A stretch of DNA of 64,000 nucleotides from Bdellovibrionales bacterium (GTDB taxonomy: Bacteria; Bdellovibrionota; Bdellovibrionia; Bdellovibrionales; UBA1609), in contig DAHVQG010000003.1 in NCBI GenBank assembly GCA_027317865.1, positions 96,001 to 160,000 on the forward strand, read 5' to 3'. Below the pieces are notes generated by a model that ran no database searches, was not told the DNA's origin, and saw only the letters and a program-made list of their open reading frames with translations. The stretch's first letter is position 1; each line of letters opens with the position of its first letter. This document shows positions 10,370 to 17,766 of the stretch, piece by piece. A program made the translations under genes and the position numbers.

Positions 10370-11280
10370 GCAACTTTCTTGCCTTCGCTGCGCGACGTGC
10401 CGCCGATCATTTTGATAAATTCGGATCCCTGTTCTAACCCGGTTTTTATGTTTTTTATTATGGCGGGCATTTCGGCTTCAGGGTGAATATGCAAGCGATC
10501 GAGAAGTTCGTTTGGTACGCCTAAAACAGCTTGATGCCCGCTATTGCCGAATTTAAAGGCATGAATGAGCAAGTTGGCGAGGGTCACGATGTCGACCGTT
10601 TGGTTGAGATCCGAAGAAAGTCCCGCACGACGTTCGAGTGAAAATTCGTGATGAAAGCGAATCGAGGCTTGCAATGACTTTGGGAGGGTCCAGCGTTCAG
10701 CTAACATTTGACCGATTTCTGTGTGCGGACTTACGTGAGCTTCAATTTCGACGTCGTAAAATGATTTTTTACCCTCAATTGCCTGCGCGGTAATGTTGCA
10801 CAGTGCTTCAGGGGCCGCAAGATAAAGAGCGACTTTACCCATGTCATGAACCAGCCCACACGTAAACAAATCCGCAGGGGCGGGGTGATTGAGGTGCTTC
10901 GCGATGGTTTCAGTGGCTATCGCGACGGCGATGGAGTGCTTCCAAAATTCTGTGATGTCAAAAATTTGGCAGCTTTGAGCGTCGAGCGCTTCGATAATTG
11001 AAGCCGACAGCACGAGTTGGTGAATCGTATCGAAGCCGATAAATGCGATGGCGCGGTCGAGGCTCGATACCCCACCGGGGATGGCGTAGTACGCGGAGTT
11101 CGCCAATTTCAGAACTTTTGTTGTCATGCCAATATCTTGTGACATGATCGTTTCAACTTCTTTGGTCGACGACATCGGGTCATTAATGACTCGGCTTAAT
11201 TCATAGACGATGGACGGTAACGACGGGAGCTCATCAAGTTTTTTTGCGAGAGCAACGGTGTTGAACGCAATTGAATCCAT
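10366..11280 (-). CDS. HDOD domain protein
   Basis: LPSLP, LKLANSAYY, FWKHS, GLVHDMGK, HTEIG..LAERW.LP and FHH motifs. Confidence 0.92.
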   Translation of the reverse strand: MDSIAFNTVALAKKLDELPSLPSIVYELSRVINDPMSSTKEVETIMSQDIGMTTKVLKLANSAYYAIPGGVSSLDRAIAFIGFDTIHQLVLSASIIEALDAQSCQIFDITEFWKHSIAVAIATETIAKHLNHPAPADLFTCGLVHDMGKVALYLAAPEALCNITAQAIEGKKSFYDVEIEAHVSPHTEIGQMLAERWTLPKSLQASIRFHHEFSLERRAGLSSDLNQTVDIVTLANLLIHAFKFGNSGHQAVLGVPNELLDRLHIHPEAEMPAIIKNIKTGLEQGSEFIKMIGGTSRSEGKKVA

Positions 11281-11293
11281 GGTTGCCTTTTAC

Positions 11294-11749
11294 TTAAGCC
11301 GCAACTTTTGGGAATAATCTTTGCGGGAACAGTGACTTCAGCTTAGTCATCACCTTTTCGTAGGTCACGGGTTTTAAAATGTAACCGTTTACGTTCAACG
11401 TTTTGGCGGTGAGAATCTGATCGCGGTCCGAAATGGCAGAAATAAAAACAAACGGAAGAGCTTTAAAACTTTCGTGCTCGCGCACCTTTTTCAAAAGGGT
11501 GAGCCCGTCCATTTCAGGCATCATCATATCCGAAAGAATCGCCACTACGTTCTTGGTTTCGGGGTCATTGAGTTTTTCCCATGCCTCGACGCCGTTGTTA
11601 CCGGCGACAACGTTGTAACCCATCTTGACGAGCAGATGCTGCAATATTTTTTGGTTGGGGATTGAATCCTCGGCAATAAGAATCGTTTCTTTATTGTCTT
11701 TTGCCGCTTCTGTTGCGTTTGGTTTTTCTGTGTTGTTTGATTCTTCCAT
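11294..11749 (-). CDS. Single-domain (CheY-like) response regulator
   Basis: IAEDS, SDMMMPEMDG and YILKP motifs. Confidence 0.92.
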   Translation of the reverse strand: MEESNNTEKPNATEAAKDNKETILIAEDSIPNQKILQHLLVKMGYNVVAGNNGVEAWEKLNDPETKNVVAILSDMMMPEMDGLTLLKKVREHESFKALPFVFISAISDRDQILTAKTLNVNGYILKPVTYEKVMTKLKSLFPQRLFPKVAA

Positions 11750-11802
11750 CAGATGACGTATCGGTGCGGATTGGTATCGCCTTAAGGCACTTCGATTATG
11801 AC

Positions 11803-12552
11803 TTAGGCCGAGTCATGTATGAACGTTGTCGGAGGCAAATTCCATTCGGTCAGGATGGATGCTTCATCTTCTAGCTTGAGCGCTTTTTTGAATTTTGCTC
11901 CCGATTGTCCTTTTACTCGACGTTCACACGACGTCCAGTCGCGATGGCGCCAAACCTCGCCGTGAACCAGACTCAGGTAAGAGTAGGGTTTTGTCTTTTC
12001 AACTTTTGGTTTCAGTTCAGGTAATGACGTGTCTTCGGGTACGTCGTAAATTGCAACGGGATATTTGAGCAATGGGCCACTGTAAAGATCAATCCATTTG
12101 TGCTTGCTGAAAGCGACCGCAATTTCGTCGCAACGTTCGTTACCGGGCGTGCCTTGGTGCCCGCGTGCATAATGCCAATTTACGCGATTTTTCGAACCGC
12201 GATCCGAAATGAGCTGCGACAGAATCTCCCATAAATCGCGATTGAGAACGTCGGCGCCTTCGGAGTTTTTCCAACCGCGTTTGCGCCAACCCCATATCCA
12301 TTGAGTGATGCCGCGAATGACATAGGTCGAATCCGAATAAAAATCGATTTCACCCGGTTGATCGGCAATGAACCGGAGGGCCATGATCGCAGCGGTGATT
12401 TCCATGCGGTTGTTGGTTGTCGGGTCATCGCCGCCGCCCAGTTCACGTACTGCTCCTTCAGGAGTCACAATAATGGCACCCCAGCCGCCGGGGCCCGGAT
12501 TTCCGGTGCAGGCGCCGTCTGAAAATGCAAGTAAACGTGAAAATTGCGACAT
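11803..12552 (-). CDS. rnhA: Ribonuclease HI with C-terminal viroplasmin-like (hybrid-binding) domain
   Basis: DGACTGNPGPGGWG, TTNNRME, DSTYV, WKNS..V.NRDLW and GNERCD motifs; C-terminal W.SC.RRVKG.SGAKFKK. Confidence 0.93.
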   Translation of the reverse strand: MSQFSRLLAFSDGACTGNPGPGGWGAIIVTPEGAVRELGGGDDPTTNNRMEITAAIMALRFIADQPGEIDFYSDSTYVIRGITQWIWGWRKRGWKNSEGADVLNRDLWEILSQLISDRGSKNRVNWHYARGHQGTPGNERCDEIAVAFSKHKWIDLYSGPLLKYPVAIYDVPEDTSLPELKPKVEKTKPYSYLSLVHGEVWRHRDWTSCERRVKGQSGAKFKKALKLEDEASILTEWNLPPTTFIHDSA

Positions 12553-12598
12553 AATTTTGTTATCGCTGAAAATCTGCGGTTCGTAAAGCGCGATGAGA

Positions 12599-13495
12599 TT
12601 AGTTCAACAATTCGACTTTGTAGGCGCGGTAATCAGTGGTGTAGCCTCGGACGATATTTTCAGGTCCGGCAAGGGGTCGCATCAGTACGTAATAGTAGAG
12701 CCGTACGTATCGGCCTGTTGCCATCGTCTCAATAATAAAGTTAAACAGTGCGCGATCGGGAACTGCAATCTCGTTATATATGCCACCGCCGACACCTTGT
12801 TGCATCACAATTTCTCGGGCTTTTCGGATGACGTTATTAACCGAAGCTTTAACGACGCGGCCGACGTAATAGCCGGTCACAAGCCGAGGAATGCGGGCAA
12901 CAAGTGGAATCGGAGCAGTAAACGACGCACGACGCGGCAACAGTGTTGGGTCGACTAAATAAACTTTTTCTAAATAGTTGTCAGACAAAGTAAACGGAAT
13001 ATAGAAATACGATCTATAGTAAAGAACGACTTCCGAATCGCCGATGGATGCGAGTTGATTCAATAAATATTCATTTTCGCTGCTAAACGGCCAGGGGTTG
13101 ACCGTGACCGTGCACCGGCGCTCGGCATTTTGCAGTTCTACAGGATAATTGGGCCCGGACTTTAATTTACTTTTGGCGTCGTCAATACAATACTGTTCAA
13201 CATATCCCCCGGCTGTGCTGGCTTGGCCGACTTTTACCGAACCTTCTAGAGTTTGAATAATTCGACCGTTTCTGTGCACGCCGATCAACGTGCCAAGAAC
13301 GTAACCGGCCGAGTATTGCATCGGATCGAACGACCACCCGATTACGTGCAAATGCCGAGCGTCGCCGATAATTGTAGAACTATGAACAGTAGTTGAAGGC
13401 GTGGTGTCGGCCGCCAGGCACACGCCAGCTGTTAGAAAAAATGCGCTCAGCACCCCTATCAATATTGTAAGACCAGCGAGCGATGACCGTTTCAT
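12599..13495 (-). CDS. Secreted hypothetical protein with two internal repeats
   Basis: Signal-like N-terminus (MKRSS...CLA); repeats YSAGYVLGTLIGVHRNGRIIQTLEG and VTGYYVGRVVKASVNNVIRKAREI. Confidence 0.75.
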   Translation of the reverse strand: MKRSSLAGLTILIGVLSAFFLTAGVCLAADTTPSTTVHSSTIIGDARHLHVIGWSFDPMQYSAGYVLGTLIGVHRNGRIIQTLEGSVKVGQASTAGGYVEQYCIDDAKSKLKSGPNYPVELQNAERRCTVTVNPWPFSSENEYLLNQLASIGDSEVVLYYRSYFYIPFTLSDNYLEKVYLVDPTLLPRRASFTAPIPLVARIPRLVTGYYVGRVVKASVNNVIRKAREIVMQQGVGGGIYNEIAVPDRALFNFIIETMATGRYVRLYYYVLMRPLAGPENIVRGYTTDYRAYKVELLN

Positions 13496-13632
13496 ACGGT
13501 AGCATGTAACAATAAAATCAGCGCATCGGTCAACGAGGCGAGTTTCCACATGCCGAGGCATTTACGAACATAACTGTACAGTAATCTCTAACAGTATCCA
13601 CTTTCTCTAAGAGTTCACTTTCGATGAATGAA

Positions 13633-13648
13633 TGGCATGACCGTTGCA
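13633..13648 (+). promoter_or_regulatory. Putative sigma54 (-24/-12) promoter
   Basis: TGGCATGACCGTTGCA matches GG-N10-GC and is close to the TGGCACG-N4-TTGC consensus; it lies about 80 bp upstream of an ATG with a GGAG RBS. Confidence 0.7.
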
Positions 13649-13729
13649 AAGAATGCTTCTCTGTTATGTAAAAAAAAATTTTAACAGTGCGCTCGGCAAA
13701 AAAAGTAACCAGAGCGGAGGAGAAAAATT

Positions 13730-15475
13730 ATGAAGAGCGAACGAATTCACAGACGAATGTTACCGACTGTCGTCGGCAGCATTTTGATTTGTTTATGCGG
13801 ATGTGCCCCACGGCACTCGCATTCGTCAAAAAGAAATGGGCCGGCTGCAGTAGCAAATAAAAATCATGCTACAGGATCGAAGGGGCCGAACTCCCGTGCT
13901 GGATCTTCCGCATTTTCAGGAGTTTCGCCAGCGGCCGCGCACACAAGTCGTAATGGCGGCTTAATCTCTGCTGCGGCTATCGGCGCTTCCAATGTAAATA
14001 ATTTAGGTGATGTCCCAAACGACGTCCCGCCAGCTACCGCAATCAACACCGAAGGCGGAAGGCTCCTCGTTGGATACTTAAAGGGTACGTTCTCTGGAGA
14101 GTCCGTCGTTGACGCTGTTTTTGACACTGAGAAACTCGTACCATATCGGCTAGCTGAGATTTCGGCCGCGATTTTAAAATTGCGTAGCGCCGGCCAGTTC
14201 ACGGCTCAAGACGAAGACAAAGTACAAATGCTTGAGACCGCTTTGAACAAGCGGCTGATCGGTACAATTGAGTATCACGACACTCTCGACCGTTGGATTA
14301 AATATTCAGTGGCAGCGGCGATTTCGATTCCGGCGACAATATATGCGCCAGAAATTATAGGAGCAGGCAAAGGTCTGCTTGAGTCGCCAGTTATTACCGC
14401 CCCTAAATCGTGGATCGTCCGGGCTTATGAAGGAACGTTGGCCCTTTTTAGGCGATTTGGTCGTAGCAAAGGTGCCGAAGCGGCTGGTGAAGCGGCCGCA
14501 GGAGAGGTTGCCACAGAGGCTACTGCGGTGGCTGAACAAAGAGCGGCCGAACAAGCGGCGGCAGAAGGTTTAAAACCCGGTGAGGTCAGGGAAGATCTTT
14601 CCGGCACAGTCGGCGAAGGCGGCCCAACCGAAGAAGAATTTCCGACGGTGGCTGGCGCTAAGACGGAAAGCGCAGCACAAGCTGGCCAAGCAGCTGAACC
14701 GGCTGCACAAGAAGAAGCTGCTGCAGAGAGTGAGTCTGCTGCTGCGGCAAAAAGTGAAAAACCGGGTCTTTATGCCCGAATTGTGGGTTCATATAAAACA
14801 AGATTTGGCCGCGTAACACCTGAACAAGTTGTGATCCGCGATATCAATCGCGCATTGAGTTCACCCGAATTAGCTCGCGGCTTTGAGGTCACAGCTATAC
14901 CTGAAGAACAACTCGATCAGGCAAAAGCTCTTACGTTTAGCCGTACGGGTATCCCTGGTTTTGCCATGAATCAAGGCGAAGGGAGCCGATTCCTAACCGT
15001 TCGAGTCGCAACCGGTGCCGGCTATAAATACTTTTACGTCAATGGCCGTGCAATTGAAATCTTAACCGAAAGTGGTGAGAAGCAGATTGTGCGTGGCCCT
15101 ACCATCATAAAAATTGCAGCTGACCGAATGAAAGGTTGGAGAGACGACACGGCCGGATTCTTCTCACGAGTCGGCGGCAGAACAAAGAATTTGGCTCTGC
15201 AAGCTAAAGACGCGGCCTTTAATAACCGTGTTTCTCAGTGGCTCTTGAGTCAAAGAGGCAAGCAGATCATTCAGCAATCCGTTGTTGGTGGTGCCACAGG
15301 TATGTTGACTCTGTGGGCTTTAAGTCCAATCAACACGCGCTATTTGACGGTTAATGAATATCTTCGGGCACTTTCTAAAGAAGGAATAAATTTAAATGAC
15401 TTCCCAGATGAATTGCGGACAGAGCTGCAGCAAGAGGCCAAAGTCCCGAATAAAGTGGCTCTGCCAACACACTAA
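13730..15475 (+). CDS. Putative lipoprotein with two hydrophobic segments and an Ala/Glu-rich linker
   Basis: Lipobox-like LCGC; hydrophobic stretches YSVAAAISIPATIYA and VVGGATGMLTLWAL; low-complexity GAEAAGEAAAGE region. Confidence 0.8.
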   Translation: MKSERIHRRMLPTVVGSILICLCGCAPRHSHSSKRNGPAAVANKNHATGSKGPNSRAGSSAFSGVSPAAAHTSRNGGLISAAAIGASNVNNLGDVPNDVPPATAINTEGGRLLVGYLKGTFSGESVVDAVFDTEKLVPYRLAEISAAILKLRSAGQFTAQDEDKVQMLETALNKRLIGTIEYHDTLDRWIKYSVAAAISIPATIYAPEIIGAGKGLLESPVITAPKSWIVRAYEGTLALFRRFGRSKGAEAAGEAAAGEVATEATAVAEQRAAEQAAAEGLKPGEVREDLSGTVGEGGPTEEEFPTVAGAKTESAAQAGQAAEPAAQEEAAAESESAAAAKSEKPGLYARIVGSYKTRFGRVTPEQVVIRDINRALSSPELARGFEVTAIPEEQLDQAKALTFSRTGIPGFAMNQGEGSRFLTVRVATGAGYKYFYVNGRAIEILTESGEKQIVRGPTIIKIAADRMKGWRDDTAGFFSRVGGRTKNLALQAKDAAFNNRVSQWLLSQRGKQIIQQSVVGGATGMLTLWALSPINTRYLTVNEYLRALSKEGINLNDFPDELRTELQQEAKVPNKVALPTH

Positions 15476-16574
15476 GCGAGGAGTCACGATACTTATGGCG
15501 CTGGTGCTAGGAACACAAATCGCGTACGCGGGAGAGGCTGGAGAAATGCAAACGGATCGGCAAATTCAGATTCTCGAAACCTACGTAAATATCCGCGATG
15601 GTGTCGCACCAGCCGATAATGTCGTCCCCATGCTTCGCGCATTCAATCGATATCGAACTTCGTTCGCGAACTTCGAAAACGATGCGGTCGAATGGAGTTC
15701 AACGGCGAATTGCACCCGATATAAAAATCTCTACGATAAAATTGGCCAAGAGTTAGTGCAGTATTACGGATTGCTCCTCAATTCAAAAACTCTTGCGCCC
15801 GCGACACGAGAAAATGTGGAGGGTCGCCTTTACACACTTAAATTGTTTGAAATGGCGCTTTTCAGTTTAGCCGTGACAGGCAAAGAGGGCGGAATTTCGA
15901 TGATTGATCCGCTCGAAAAACATTATTGTGTGGTGAAAGGTCGAAAACAATGGTTAAGCGCCATGTCTCGCGCCCACCAAGACCTGCAAAGATTGCATGA
16001 AACCGTATTTGGTTATCGCAGCGCTATGGATTTTCGTAACGCATCCGATATCGTACAGCGGTTAAACGCAAAAATTGAACACCGCGGCCGCATTGAGAGA
16101 TACGCATATAATATTGCGGAATTCGGCCTGTCGATTTTAGTCTGGTTCAAAGGCGTGGCGCCGCTGCTCAGGCGCGCGCGTACTTCGATCGAATCGCCGC
16201 CACTTCGTGCGGCCACTACAATTGCCGCCGGTATTGCTTATACCCTGGCCTTTATGAAGCTCGATCAAGAGGCATATGCTCATTTCTCTTTTTTGCAGCC
16301 GAAACCGTCGCTGAAAGAAATGAGCCTTTTGCGGTGGAACGACCTGATGTCCAGAGGCGAAGAAGTGGTGAATTCGAAACTTGAGTCGACACCGCTTTAC
16401 TTTGCCTACCTGAAACTGACTGCCCTATTGGATCGAGAAACGGCATACAACTTTTTGCTCGAGCATCAAGAATTTTTGTCTGAGATGGAGACTCAATACG
16501 GCTCCATCAATGCGGCTCTGAATCATTTAAAGGAGGAACGTGAAAATGAGACGAACAATAAACGGGCAGGATAG
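15396..16574 (+). CDS. Hypothetical helical protein with a hydrophobic hairpin, probably exported (start uncertain; alternative ATG 15495)
   Basis: Hydrophobic VTILMALVLGTQIAYA followed by an AxA cleavage-like site; paired hydrophobic segments IAEFGLSILVWF and ATTIAAGIAYTLAFM. Confidence 0.75.
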   Translation: MTSQMNCGQSCSKRPKSRIKWLCQHTKRGVTILMALVLGTQIAYAGEAGEMQTDRQIQILETYVNIRDGVAPADNVVPMLRAFNRYRTSFANFENDAVEWSSTANCTRYKNLYDKIGQELVQYYGLLLNSKTLAPATRENVEGRLYTLKLFEMALFSLAVTGKEGGISMIDPLEKHYCVVKGRKQWLSAMSRAHQDLQRLHETVFGYRSAMDFRNASDIVQRLNAKIEHRGRIERYAYNIAEFGLSILVWFKGVAPLLRRARTSIESPPLRAATTIAAGIAYTLAFMKLDQEAYAHFSFLQPKPSLKEMSLLRWNDLMSRGEEVVNSKLESTPLYFAYLKLTALLDRETAYNFLLEHQEFLSEMETQYGSINAALNHLKEERENETNNKRAG

Positions 16575-17748
16575 AAAATGGTATCTTGCCGAAATCTTAG
16601 CGGCCGTAGCTGTAACCTGCGGTCTTGGCGCCGGGGCCACTGCGAAACCGGCAACACCTGTATTGGGTCCCGTTGAAGTACAGGAAGAAGTCGGACAGCG
16701 AGTTCAACAGCTCACACACGGGAATAAAGAATATGCCAAAGAGTTGGAGTACCGAATTCAGGATACCTTCGGCGTAACGGCCACGTGTCCGGATGAATTT
16801 TTCTCGACTCAGGCGAGAAATCTGGATTGCGTGCAAGGCTTGCAGAATCTTGAAATCGCGCTAACAAAATTGAGCCCCAATGCGCAAAGACTTACGCGTG
16901 AAATCGAGGTGAAAATCGGCGATGCGGGCGATTGGGGCGGGCTCACTTATACCGATCAAGAACTTGTCGTGCCCTTTCATGCCGATCCTAACGTAATGGC
17001 TGAGTTTATCGCAAAAGAGGTGAATCTTTTAAATAATGTTAGTTTCGATCAGGTGAGACAAGAGAACAACGTAATGGCCCGGAACATAGAGAGAAAATAT
17101 TTTATTCTCGTTAGTCCGGCTCCCGATCTCCAGCCGATCGTGTATCATGACGGTCTTGAACGGTTGAATTTTGCTTTGGCCACTTTGTTTGTCAAAGTGA
17201 AACCCAGTCCCGAACAAGCCGCTAAACTTGGATTCGACCGGGTGATACTCGGCAACGAAGATCGCGGCCTGTATCAAAACGATGGTGAACTGCGGATTAA
17301 TCTCGATGCGACGGATAGTCCAGTCGATATGCAAATTCGTTTAATTAGCCAAATTCGCCGACCGGTAAAACATTGGTATGAGCACTTCAATTGGAACCAC
17401 CTAGGCACTTATACTTGGGCACAAGTCAGCGAATTTCGTCTGGCCAGAGAGCGCGCTCGGCAAGCTCTTGAGTGGTTGGATGAAAACGTACCGGAACTGC
17501 ATGTGACCTGTAACTTGAATAATAAAGCCCATAACTCCATCGATATGACTGAATGTGAGCAAGGCGTAACCACGATTGCAAGGGCATTTAAGCGTTATCA
17601 TTTACAAGATAAAACCGTGCCGTTTCAAAATTTGATTGTCGGTTCGCTTTGGATTAGCTCCGCTGTCCCGCAGAGATATCGCAATGCTGTATTGATGGAT
17701 CATGCGGCAAGTGAAAAAACAGTTTATAAACTCATCACTCAGAAGTGA
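16546..17748 (+). CDS. Secreted hypothetical protein with three ~100-aa repeats
   Basis: AGGAGG RBS at 16531; signal-like ILAAVAVTCGLGAGATA; a repeated GL..L..AL...I.IG/LG/VG...A pattern. Confidence 0.78.
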   Translation: MRRTINGQDRKWYLAEILAAVAVTCGLGAGATAKPATPVLGPVEVQEEVGQRVQQLTHGNKEYAKELEYRIQDTFGVTATCPDEFFSTQARNLDCVQGLQNLEIALTKLSPNAQRLTREIEVKIGDAGDWGGLTYTDQELVVPFHADPNVMAEFIAKEVNLLNNVSFDQVRQENNVMARNIERKYFILVSPAPDLQPIVYHDGLERLNFALATLFVKVKPSPEQAAKLGFDRVILGNEDRGLYQNDGELRINLDATDSPVDMQIRLISQIRRPVKHWYEHFNWNHLGTYTWAQVSEFRLARERARQALEWLDENVPELHVTCNLNNKAHNSIDMTECEQGVTTIARAFKRYHLQDKTVPFQNLIVGSLWISSAVPQRYRNAVLMDHAASEKTVYKLITQK

Positions 17749-17766
17749 AAATGATAAGAAGTGACG

